From contig NZ_LT934425.1 in NCBI RefSeq assembly GCF_900232105.1, positions 1,950,001 to 1,982,000 of the forward strand: a DNA stretch of 32,000 nucleotides, read 5' to 3'. The notes under the pieces were generated by a model that saw only the letters and a program-made list of their open reading frames with translations, made no database searches and was not told the origin of the DNA. Position 1 is the first letter of the stretch, and each line of letters starts with the position of its first letter. This stretch comes from Candidatus Kuenenia stuttgartensis (GTDB taxonomy: Bacteria; Planctomycetota; Brocadiia; Brocadiales; Brocadiaceae). This document shows, piece by piece, positions 17,522-25,942 of this stretch. Both the position numbers and the translations under genes were made by a program.

Positions 17522-17595
17522 GGCACAAAGCACGAAATACTAAACAAATTCTAATCACCGAAGGCCTAACTAGATAGATTACGCTGAATAGTTAT
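17522..17595 (-). repeat. F4 repeat copy (17522-17557) followed by a solo F1 terminal repeat (17579-17595)
   Basis: The reverse complement of 17522-17557 is TGATTAGAATTTGTTTAGTATTTCGTGCTTTGTGCC. TTACGCTGAATAGTTAT at 17579-17595 matches the F1 right terminal repeat in 16/17 positions. No partner end lies nearby. Confidence 0.5.
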
Positions 17596-17706
17596 AAATA
17601 TTTTGCCAAAAAGCGCAAAGAAATTACCGATGAGGTACTAAACATTAAATATATTGTATCTGTTTTTCGTTGTTTATTCTAAATACTTGATTTATATTTT
17701 CAACAT

Positions 17707-20250
17707 ATGAATACCACAAAATGGTTTGCAAAAGACTTTATTATACAGAACACACTGTCCGCAATAAAAGACGCTATTTCCAATGCAGGGGGTAATGAGG
17801 TCTTTTTAATCGGGAAGCCTGATGAGAATTATATGATAGCCGATATAGAAGTGTATGCTATGGGAAATAAAAATGCTGTGCCTGCCATTCTTCGTGAGGT
17901 AAAGCATGGAGAGGTTATTATCCACAATCACCCTAACGGAAACCTTACCCCTTCTGAAGAGGATATTGAAGTTGCTTCCGAAATGGGTTCCCTCGGCGCA
18001 GGATTTTACATTATCAATAATGAGGTAGAATACTTATACCCTGTGGTGAAAATTGCGAAAGAACATCCTTATGAAAAACTGGATTGTGTGATGTTGTCGA
18101 ATTTATTACGCCCGGGCGGAATATTGTCTGTTACTATCCCTGGCTACGAATACAGGGAATCGCAGGTAGATATGCTTACATCGGTATCAGATGCCTTCAA
18201 TAATGACACAGTTGCAACAATTGAAGCAGGCACCGGAACGGGAAAATCACTGGCATACCTCCTTCCTGCAATATTCTGGACCGTGAAAAATAAGGAAAGA
18301 GTGGTTATATCCACAAATACAATAAACCTGCAGGAACAGTTGATGTACAAGGATATCCCTACACTAAAGATAGAAAATATTCCCAACTTTAAAAGCGTCC
18401 TTGTTAAGGGAAGAAATAATTATATTTGTTTAAGGAAAGCACAGAACTTGCAGTTTGAAGGCGATATGCTTATTGAGGAAAGGGAAAAAAAACAATTAAT
18501 ACATATACTGTCATGGGCGGAAAAAACAAGGGATGGAAGCAAAGCAGACCTGAACCTTCTTGTTAATGATAATGTCTGGGAAATGGTTCAGTCTGAAGCA
18601 GACCAATGTACACGGTTAAAGTGTAATTTTTATAATAAATGTTTTTTTTATTCTGCAAGGCGGAATGCGTCAAGCGCAGATATCCTTGTGATAAATCACC
18701 ATCTTTTGATGGCTGATTTGGTCTTAAGGAAAGAAACCAGAGGTTATGATTCAACTGCGATACTGCCACCATTTAAGAGGATTATAATAGATGAAGCGCA
18801 TAATCTGGAGTCGGTCGCAACATCTAATATAGGCTTGTCTTTCTCCAGAATGCGGATTTTAAAACCTTTGGGTAAGCTTGTTAATCAAAAGGATAACAAA
18901 AAGGGGCTTTTGCCATTTCTTAAAAATAAAATTAAAGATGTTGATTTTCAATGTAACAAGGATATTACGGTAGATATTACAGAAGGAATTTATCCTCAAT
19001 TACTCGACATGCGGATAGAAATTTACGCATGTGTTACCAATACTTTTTCTGATATTTTTGAGTCTGTAAACAGCTATATTAATAATAAATTTTTAGAAAA
19101 CGGAACAGAACTCAAACTAAGAATAACTGACGAACTGCTCTCTACACCGTTGTGGTCAGATAGTATTGAAAAAAAAATACGGCATCTTTGCACGGAAATA
19201 CATAACTTCGTAATTTTATTAAATAAGTTAATTGCTGCCATTGAAAGACTTGATAAAGAGTCCCGGGATATATTGTCGTCTCTGTTCATAGACATAACAT
19301 CATGTAAAACTCGTCTTAATACTGCAAAAAATGATCTCTTTTCTTTTATACGTTCTGAAGAAAATCTATGCAGATGGATTGAATTAAGAAGTTACAACGA
19401 TAATTTCTTTATAAAATTCTGCAATGCACCAATAGATATTTCAAATGCCTTAAAGGCATACCTGTTTGATAATTACCGGACAATTATATTAACCTCTGCA
19501 ACATTAACCATAGATAACACATTCACTTTTTACCAAAAAAATACGGGACTTCATTTACTTCCGGAAAAAAGGATTACGGAACTGATTCTTAGCTCTCCCT
19601 TTGATTATAAATCTCAATCTATGATATGTATACCAACAGACATCTCTGACCCTGATGACTCATATTATAAAAAAGATTTAGTAGAAAATTTAAGCAAACT
19701 GATCGCCATCACTGATGGACGTTCACTTGTATTATTTACATCATACCGGCTCCTTAATGATATATTTGATATGCTGAAACCGTATTTTACCGGGCAAGGC
19801 TATACCTGTTTAAAGCAGGGAGAAGACAACAGACACAACTTACTGGAAACATTTAAAAATGACAAAACATCAATATTATTCGCCACCGATAGTTTTTGGG
19901 AAGGCATTGATGTAAAAGGGGATGCGCTGGAGTGTGTTATTATTACCCGTCTGCCTTTTAAAGTACCAAATGAACCAATTATTGAAGCAAGGACAGAGGC
20001 TATTGAGATGAAAGGGGGCAACTCATTTTATGATTATTCCCTGCCAGTTGCTGTGTTAAAATTAAAACAAGGATTTGGAAGACTGATAAGAAGCAAGGAA
20101 GACAGAGGCGTGGTATTTATATTTGATAGACGTATCGCTACAAAAAGTTATGGTAAAGTATTTATTAAATCACTCCCGAAGGCAAAATGCATAAAGAAAA
20201 ACACGGAACACGTGTTTAAAGAGTTGGAGAATTTTTTTAAGAGGAGGTAA
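17707..20250 (+). CDS. dinG: JAB/MPN (RadC-like) domain fused to a DinG/XPD-family Fe-S DNA helicase
   Basis: 847 aa. The N-terminal roughly 115 aa carry an intact JAMM motif (E31; HNHPNGNLTPSEED, nt 17923-17964). The helicase part has Walker A EAGTGTGKS, DEAH box IIIDEAHNLE, four Cys (ICLRK; QCTRLKCNFYNKCFF) where the XPD/DinG 4Fe-4S domain sits, and C-terminal helicase motifs (FATDSFWEGIDV, QGFGRLIR). Confidence 0.85.
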   Translation: MNTTKWFAKDFIIQNTLSAIKDAISNAGGNEVFLIGKPDENYMIADIEVYAMGNKNAVPAILREVKHGEVIIHNHPNGNLTPSEEDIEVASEMGSLGAGFYIINNEVEYLYPVVKIAKEHPYEKLDCVMLSNLLRPGGILSVTIPGYEYRESQVDMLTSVSDAFNNDTVATIEAGTGTGKSLAYLLPAIFWTVKNKERVVISTNTINLQEQLMYKDIPTLKIENIPNFKSVLVKGRNNYICLRKAQNLQFEGDMLIEEREKKQLIHILSWAEKTRDGSKADLNLLVNDNVWEMVQSEADQCTRLKCNFYNKCFFYSARRNASSADILVINHHLLMADLVLRKETRGYDSTAILPPFKRIIIDEAHNLESVATSNIGLSFSRMRILKPLGKLVNQKDNKKGLLPFLKNKIKDVDFQCNKDITVDITEGIYPQLLDMRIEIYACVTNTFSDIFESVNSYINNKFLENGTELKLRITDELLSTPLWSDSIEKKIRHLCTEIHNFVILLNKLIAAIERLDKESRDILSSLFIDITSCKTRLNTAKNDLFSFIRSEENLCRWIELRSYNDNFFIKFCNAPIDISNALKAYLFDNYRTIILTSATLTIDNTFTFYQKNTGLHLLPEKRITELILSSPFDYKSQSMICIPTDISDPDDSYYKKDLVENLSKLIAITDGRSLVLFTSYRLLNDIFDMLKPYFTGQGYTCLKQGEDNRHNLLETFKNDKTSILFATDSFWEGIDVKGDALECVIITRLPFKVPNEPIIEARTEAIEMKGGNSFYDYSLPVAVLKLKQGFGRLIRSKEDRGVVFIFDRRIATKSYGKVFIKSLPKAKCIKKNTEHVFKELENFFKRR

Positions 20251-20255
20251 ATATT

Positions 20256-21149
20256 ATGAAAATCTTTTTGACGGGCAGCACTGGTTTTGTCGGAAAACAG
20301 TTATTAAACAAACTCATTGAAAATAAATATAAAGTAAAATGCCTGGTAAGAAAAGGCTCTGAACATAAATTGGGACAATATATCAACCAGATAGAAGTTG
20401 TAAACGGAGATATTACAGATCCGCCTTGTCTTAAAAACGCTATAGCTGATTGTGAAGCAGTAATTAATATTGTTGGTATTATCAGGGAAATACCGGGAAA
20501 AGGGGTTACTTTTGAAAAACTTCACTATGAAGGTACGCACAACCTCATAAGAGAAGCGAAAAAACAAGGTGTTGACAGATTTATACAAATGAGCGCTTTA
20601 GGGGCAAAGCAGGAAGGAAAGACGCTGTATCAACAAACAAAATTCCTGGCGGAAGAGTGTATAAGGAAAAGCGGGCTTAATTATACTATTTTCCGTCCAT
20701 CTATCATATTTGGTAAGGAAGATAAGTTCGTTAACACATTTGCAGGTATGCTAAAAATTCAGCAGTTTATCCCCGTAATCGGAGATGGTAAATATAAACT
20801 GCAACCGGTAGCCGTTGAAAATGTCGTTGCCGCGTTTGTTGACTCGATAGAAAGAAGAGACACGTTTGGAAAATCGTATGAAGTAGGAGGACCAGAAAAA
20901 ATTGAATTTAATGACATTATTAATATTATCGGAAAGGTACTTTGTTTACCTCCCTATAAAATTCATATTCCAGTCTGGATTATGAACACTTTGGCTGAAA
21001 TGTTTGATTGGATACCTGCCTTTCCCGTAACAAAAGATCAAATAACAATGTTGCTGGAAGGAAATACCTGCGATGAAAAACCCTTTTTAGACCATTTTAA
21101 AATAAACCCTATATATTTTAAGGAAGGTATTTCAAGATACCTTTTCTGA
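20256..21149 (+). CDS. NAD(P)-binding atypical SDR (NmrA/NDUFA9-like epimerase-fold protein)
   Basis: 297 aa with an N-terminal Rossmann motif (LTGSTGFVG) and the fold pattern of atypical SDRs. It starts 6 nt after the helicase stop. Confidence 0.75.
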   Translation: MKIFLTGSTGFVGKQLLNKLIENKYKVKCLVRKGSEHKLGQYINQIEVVNGDITDPPCLKNAIADCEAVINIVGIIREIPGKGVTFEKLHYEGTHNLIREAKKQGVDRFIQMSALGAKQEGKTLYQQTKFLAEECIRKSGLNYTIFRPSIIFGKEDKFVNTFAGMLKIQQFIPVIGDGKYKLQPVAVENVVAAFVDSIERRDTFGKSYEVGGPEKIEFNDIINIIGKVLCLPPYKIHIPVWIMNTLAEMFDWIPAFPVTKDQITMLLEGNTCDEKPFLDHFKINPIYFKEGISRYLF

Positions 21150-21279
21150 ACTGGCATAGCCAAGCCATAACCAAACAAGAAATGCGAAAGGGGAACTACA
21201 TATTGCACAGATTTAAAAAAAGGCACTAATTAAAATGAGATTTAAAAAAAATAAAGTGTTATCAAAAACTCTAATTTAT

Positions 21280-21321
21280 GGTGTAAATTTATTGTTTATT
21301 AATATGTAGATAATTTACACC
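21280..21321. repeat. 10-bp perfect inverted repeat in an AT-rich spacer
   Basis: GGTGTAAATT (21280-21289) and AATTTACACC (21312-21321) are separated by 22 nt. Function unknown; an operator or a hairpin is possible. Confidence 0.4.
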
Positions 21322-21971
21322 CAAACGATATCTTTTTATTTTTAAGTTTAATATATAATTTTTATATGTAGGTAAAACACAGGTATTTTACAATAAAAAA
21401 AAGGATATAAGTCTTTATTTTATAAATGTTTATTGAAAAATAACACATATTTTAACAATCAACATAATAAGATTACGGTTTATTTTAAATAGATAATTAT
21501 ATAATAAATACCATAAGAATAATTGTTTTTAAAAAGATGGGGACAGAACCTTAGACGGGTAAAAAGAGGTTTAAAATATAGATTTTAACGTTAAAATTCC
21601 AAAGAGTGATAATTAACCCTGTCATGGTTGTTTCAACATCGCATGGAGGTTTGAGATGGAGTGTTTTTATATTGGTTTAAATATTTCAATTTTGCCTATT
21701 TAAAGCAAATGATCTCTTATAAGTAGCAGGTATTGCATCACTACAAGCGCGATACCCTGCATCTCCAGAGTCTTTTTTCTATCCCGTGAATTTTTCAAAA
21801 AGCTAAAATGTTACCAATCATTGGATTTCACCGACACCGTTCATTTTAACCCACCTGAATGAAGAATCACATAAAAAGATAACGTTGAATAAATAGCTAA
21901 TTACAAATATAATAAATTCCGTCTTAAATTTATCTGGAGTTTTACTCTTTTAAAAGAGAAGGGGTGTTTGT

Positions 21972-22931
21972 GTGAATTTTCTTCGTTTTTTCAAATCAAC
22001 CGCAACGTATTATTTGCCGGCAATACTTTTAGCCGGTGCTTTTCAATATTCTTTAGTTTATGCATCCTCCGTAAAAGACCAAATGCCTTACCGGAGTAAC
22101 ATGGCCCACGAACAATATTTACAAGGTGTAGAATATGCAAAATACGGACTACATAATGAAGCAATTGAATTATTCAGGAAATCACTCGCGACAGACCCGG
22201 ATAATATTGATACCTGTATTAGTCTTGGCGAAGTGTATGCAGATAAAAGAATGGATAGTGAGGCAATAGAGCTATTTCAAAAAGTCCTGAAAATAAACCC
22301 CAATCAACCACAAGCATATTTTAAAATTGGTACCGTATATTTTGATATGGAAGAATATGAACCTGCCATTGAATATCTTAAGAAAACGATTGAAATGAAT
22401 CCTGATTATAAGGTTGCATATTCTTTGTTGGGTATTTCATACGCGAAAAGCGGCAAATATGACGAAGCAGTTAAGGTGCTTAAAAAACGCATTGAACTGG
22501 ACCCCAATCTGGCGATAACCTATTCTAATCTGGGACTGGTCTATACAATGAAAGGATCAAATAAGGAAGCATTGGTGGAATATAATAAGGCTTTGGGAAT
22601 TAATCCTTATCATGAAGAAACATTATTTAATATTGCCTTTCTGTATGAAAACATGGGGCAGATTGATGAAGCGCTCGCATATTATAACAAAACCGTTGAA
22701 TGCAACTCCGGTAATGCAAAGGCACAATACAATTTAGGGTTAAATTATCTAAAGAAAAAACAATATGACGAGGCAATTAATGCCTTTGAAATTTCACTTA
22801 TGGCAAATCCGGACAATATCGAAGCATATAATAATTTAGGCAATGTTTATGCGGCAAAAGGGATGGAAGAAAAAGCAAAAAATTATTTTTCTTTGTACAA
22901 TAAACAATTAAAGCTGCAACAAAAGAAATAA
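21972..22931 (+). CDS. Secreted tetratricopeptide-repeat (TPR) protein
   Basis: 319 aa with a GTG start after GAGAAGGGG. It has an N-terminal signal-like helix followed by about 8 consecutive 34-aa TPR units (repeated A..Y..LG..Y...G.Y.EAI..(F/Y).KAL..(D/N)P pattern). Confidence 0.85.
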   Translation: MNFLRFFKSTATYYLPAILLAGAFQYSLVYASSVKDQMPYRSNMAHEQYLQGVEYAKYGLHNEAIELFRKSLATDPDNIDTCISLGEVYADKRMDSEAIELFQKVLKINPNQPQAYFKIGTVYFDMEEYEPAIEYLKKTIEMNPDYKVAYSLLGISYAKSGKYDEAVKVLKKRIELDPNLAITYSNLGLVYTMKGSNKEALVEYNKALGINPYHEETLFNIAFLYENMGQIDEALAYYNKTVECNSGNAKAQYNLGLNYLKKKQYDEAINAFEISLMANPDNIEAYNNLGNVYAAKGMEEKAKNYFSLYNKQLKLQQKK

Positions 22932-22961
22932 TTAAAGAAGGTATCGTTCCTAATAGATGTA

Positions 22962-23014
22962 GTGACGAAGCATTGACCGTTCGGGTATGAATTTATTTGT
23001 AACATTGCAACAAG
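22962..23014. repeat. Degenerate family F2 core copy
   Basis: GTGACGAAGCATTGACCGTTCGGGTATGAA... aligns with GGGGCGAAGCATTTGCCCGTTTGGGTATGAA... of the 28285 copy. The right arm has decayed. Confidence 0.45.
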
Positions 23015-23220
23015 TATTATTTTCATATAACATCCTTTTTTGTGCTTAGGGTGGAGCGGATAAACCCTGTTTTCCAGTGAGATTGCCCGGGCTTATCAAT
23101 AGCATAGACAATCAGGCTTTGCCCTTGCGTCCATTGCAATAAATGTACAAATTCTTATTATTCATCTTTCGAAGACCTTATTTATCGGACAACAAGATAT
23201 CCTGAGAAAGGAATTTTTTT

Positions 23221-24366
23221 ATGAAGAAAAACTATCTGTTTACCCCAGGACCTACAATGGTACCGCCTGAGGTTTCGCTCGCTGAAGCGCAACCAATGAT
23301 ACACCACAGAACACCACAATTTTCCCAAATATTTTACGAATTGAGCGAGGATTTAAAGTATCTGTTTCAAACAAAAACAGGAGAGGTTTATACGTTAATG
23401 TCCTCCGGCACCGGCGCAATGGAGGCGTGCGTTGCCAACGTCCTGTCGAAAGGTGATAAAGCACTGGTAATTACCTCTGGCAAATTCGGAGAACGTTGGG
23501 TGGAGCTATGCAAGTGTTTCGGCATTGAAACAGAGGTCGTTAGTGTGGAGTATGGAAAAGGGGTAGAACCTTCCAGGGTGGAAGAAATTCTTAAGAAAAA
23601 CAGTGAAATAAAGGTAGTTTTTGCAACACAAAGCGAAACATCGACAGGTGCGCTGCACGATATAAAGGCCATTTCACAGATTGTGAAAAAATACAGTGCA
23701 CTGATAGTAGTGGACGCTATTACCGGCATCGGTGTTCATAAATTTCTTATGGACGAATGGAATGTTGATGTAGCGGTAACCGGTTCGCAGAAGGGGTGCA
23801 TGTTGCCGCCTGGGCTGGCATTTGTTTGCGTAAACAGCGGGGCATGGGAGGCTGTTGAAAAAGGGGATTTACCCAGATATTACTGGGATTTTAGGAAGAT
23901 GCGCAAAAATCTTAAAAACAAAACAACGCCATTTACCCCTGCAGTATCACTCGTTATGGCAATGAAGACTGCAATGGAGATGATTAAAAAAGAAGGCATT
24001 GAGAATGTGTGGGCAAGGCATGAACGTCTCGCAAATGCCACCAGGGAAGGTGTGAAGGCATTAGGATTGGAACTCTTTGCCGGGAATAGTTCAAGCAATG
24101 TTTTGACTGCCATAAAGGCGCCGGAAGGCGTCGATGTTGATAAAATTATTAAAAAATTAAGGGATGAAACAGGCGTTACTTTTACCGGAGGGCAGGACTC
24201 CTTAAAGGGAAAGATGATACGCATAGGCCACATGGGCTATGTTAACGATTTTGATATTATTCTGGCGATTTCTGCACTTGAGAAAGGCCTCCATGAAGCC
24301 GGCTATCCGGTTGAGTTAGGGAAAGGAATAACCAGAGTACAGTCATTATTGGTAAAGGGGAGATAA
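23221..24366 (+). CDS. Class-V PLP aminotransferase (serine-pyruvate/alanine-glyoxylate type; could act as a phosphoserine aminotransferase)
   Basis: 381 aa with N-terminal LFTPGPT, family-typical SGTGAMEA, and the PLP-lysine segment TGSQKGCMLPPGLAF. Confidence 0.88.
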   Translation: MKKNYLFTPGPTMVPPEVSLAEAQPMIHHRTPQFSQIFYELSEDLKYLFQTKTGEVYTLMSSGTGAMEACVANVLSKGDKALVITSGKFGERWVELCKCFGIETEVVSVEYGKGVEPSRVEEILKKNSEIKVVFATQSETSTGALHDIKAISQIVKKYSALIVVDAITGIGVHKFLMDEWNVDVAVTGSQKGCMLPPGLAFVCVNSGAWEAVEKGDLPRYYWDFRKMRKNLKNKTTPFTPAVSLVMAMKTAMEMIKKEGIENVWARHERLANATREGVKALGLELFAGNSSSNVLTAIKAPEGVDVDKIIKKLRDETGVTFTGGQDSLKGKMIRIGHMGYVNDFDIILAISALEKGLHEAGYPVELGKGITRVQSLLVKGR

Positions 24367-24438
24367 ATAATAATAACTATATAATGTGTACCGCCGGCTA
24401 CATACACATAAAAAGGAATAATAAATGCCAAAGGAGTT

Positions 24439-24467
24439 GTAGAGACAGGTTTAAAACCTGTCTCTAC
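24439..24467. terminator. Perfect 12-bp stem-loop between convergent genes
   Basis: GTAGAGACAGGT (24439-24450), loop TTAAA, ACCTGTCTCTAC (24456-24467). It lies 73 nt after the aminotransferase stop. No U-tract on either strand. Confidence 0.45.
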
Positions 24468-24474
24468 GGTTGTA

Positions 24475-24519
24475 TATGAATGCAGTTATAACAATTTGCA
24501 GCAAATGCTTCGCCCCTAC
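24475..24519. repeat. Family F2 half copy (right arm only)
   Basis: TATGAATGCAGTTATAACAATTTGCAGCAAATGCTTCGCCCCTAC matches the loop and right arm of the F2 elements. No left arm lies adjacent. Confidence 0.55.
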
Positions 24520-24575
24520 TTTACTTTAAATCGGGAACGCGCCCATTTCAGTTATATAATCGAAATTCATCTCCA

Positions 24576-25275
24576 TTACCGCACCTGTTTCCAGCAGTAA
24601 TGAACCGGATACATATCATTTATCAACGCAAGCGCCTCAACAATTGCGCCGGCTATACCCCAAAGCCCGAGCAGATATGCCACTACTTCCGCACGTGTTC
24701 AGTCCAATATTTTCTGCTCCGCTTCAGGAATCGGAATATTCCTGTCTTTCGCCAAAATCAACGCCTCTTTGTATTGCAACGGGAGATGGGCAATCCGCGC
24801 CAGTGTTCCCAGATCATAAAGCAGCTCTGCCACAGAGGTCTGGTCTATGATGTTTATGTAAGGAAGGACTATTTGGCAAGGATAACGAATAAAATCCCGT
24901 TTAATCTTTTCAAATCCAGAGACTTCTCCTCGATTGAAAGGCTCGGTATCACTCTTCCACGCTGACTTGTCCGGCAAGCCCTTATGATGCCCGTCAATTG
25001 CAATTGATGCCTCAATGATTCTACAAAGTAGTGCATAACCCGGCACCCCATGAAACATGAGGCACACTGCCGCGTTTCCCGCCGTTTGTGAGATAGTCCT
25101 GAAATGCCTGTTGATACTTGCCAAGGTCATGCAACAACGCTGCTATCTTGAAAATTTGTTTGTAGTTTTTGTGACATGCAAAGTATTCCGCAAACATTGC
25201 CGTTTGATGCAGATGTTTTGATAAGCTGTGTTTCTCTTTATTACTATTTTCTGAAGGTGCAAAATACTCAGGCAT
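24576..25275 (-). pseudogene. Disrupted HD-superfamily gene: Cas3-HD-like N-terminal half plus degenerate HDOD-like C-terminal half
   Basis: The N-terminal half reads HLHQTAMFAEYF...AALLHDLGKYQQAFQDYL...PHVSWGAG, then a +1/-1 shift near the CCCGG run at about 25038-25045, then YALLCRIIEASIAIDGHHKGLPD. That is the H / HDxGK..FQ / H..GA / GHHxGL order of Cas3 HD nucleases. The C-terminal half reads AELLYDLGTLARIAHLPLQYKEALILAKDRNIPIPEAEQKILD, an in-frame TGA (24699-24701), then TRAEVVAYLLGLWGIAGAIVEALA. This resembles HDOD domains, but with Y for the H of the HD motif. Confidence 0.55.
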
Positions 25276-25334
25276 TATATTCCTTCAATACACAAACCTA
25301 CCCAATAAGCCAAATCCCCGGCGCCAAATTCATG

Positions 25335-25359
25335 TAGTGCGACGAAGTTCGTCGCACTA
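25335..25359. repeat. Near-perfect palindrome TAGTGCGACGAA-G-TTCGTCGCACTA
   Basis: 12-nt arms at 25335-25346 and 25348-25359. The GACGAAG core resembles the F2 arm and the sequence at 22957-22970. Confidence 0.5.
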
Positions 25360-25418
25360 AAAAGGACAATTTCAAGTTTCAAAAAACCAGATTTCCGCTA
25401 AAGAGCATTGTGGAGTCC

Positions 25419-25441
25419 GAAACAAATTCTAATGACAAAAT
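25419..25441 (-). repeat. Family F4 repeat copy
   Basis: GAAACAAATTCTAATGACAAAAT is the exact reverse complement of ATTTTGTCATTAGAATTTGTTTC at 30743-30765 (23/23). Confidence 0.6.
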
Positions 25442-25723
25442 ATTATGATATGCTAAACAAACGCATCTTTCATCTTTTGTACCAGCCTGGTTCCGGCTTT
25501 TCCATGTTGGGAATTTAAGAGAAGGCATTGCCATTGCAGAGGGAAAATGATATGATTCCTTGGTCAAAAATCACAGAACGGCTGCCCTTAATAACCCCGA
25601 AACATTATTTTAGAGTAAAGACGCACGGCTGTACATCTTTGCATTCGTATTAAAACACACCCCTTATATCCCCTCTTTTTAGAGGGAACCTGGGGTATTT
25701 TATACATTACGGGTTCACAAATT

Positions 25724-25875
25724 GGCAACACTTTAGTTTTTTGAAAAATTCCAACAACAGCGATGTTTGCCGCATAGTATAGGGGCGAAGCATTTGTTGT
25801 AAATTATCATAAATGCATTCATACACAAACAAGCAAATGCTTCGCCCCTACGGTTTCAAAAAACTAAAGTGTTAC
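25724..25875. mobile_element. Family F2 palindromic element, complete copy (152 bp, MITE-like)
   Basis: The outer inverted repeat is GGCAACACTTTAGTTTTTTGAAA versus TTTCAAAAAACTAAAGTGTTACC (22/23). The inner perfect 17-bp inverted repeat is TAGGGGCGAAGCATTTG (25780-25796) versus CAAATGCTTCGCCCCTA (25834-25850). No ORF. Confidence 0.6.
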
Positions 25876-25942
25876 CATTTTTTTGATTCGTTCGGGTTAG
25901 AAAGTTACCGGATACCTAAATTTGTCCTGAAAGGCCACAAAA

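Noticed and set aside
21150-21971. AT-rich spacer as a replication origin
   Set aside because: I saw no TTATCCACA-type DnaA boxes by eye, and no dnaA, dnaN or gid genes nearby. This is not a rigorous search.
22962-24519. Idea that the aminotransferase gene is inserted into a split F2 element (left arm at 22962, right arm at 24501)
   Set aside because: The 22962-23014 copy aligns as a degenerate but complete core with its own decayed right arm, so the two pieces are separate relics, not halves of one element.
24699-24701. In-frame TGA in the HD/HDOD locus as selenocysteine or programmed readthrough
   Set aside because: The same locus also has a frameshift and has lost key His residues (Y in the HD motif, R for H). 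The TGA does not align with a conserved Cys position. Pseudogenisation is the simpler reading.
25552-25653. 33-codon ORF (MIPWSKITERLPLITPKHYFRVKTHGCTSLHSY) with a GAGGG upstream
   Set aside because: It is too short and featureless to support, and it lies among repeat debris. No conservation evidence is available.
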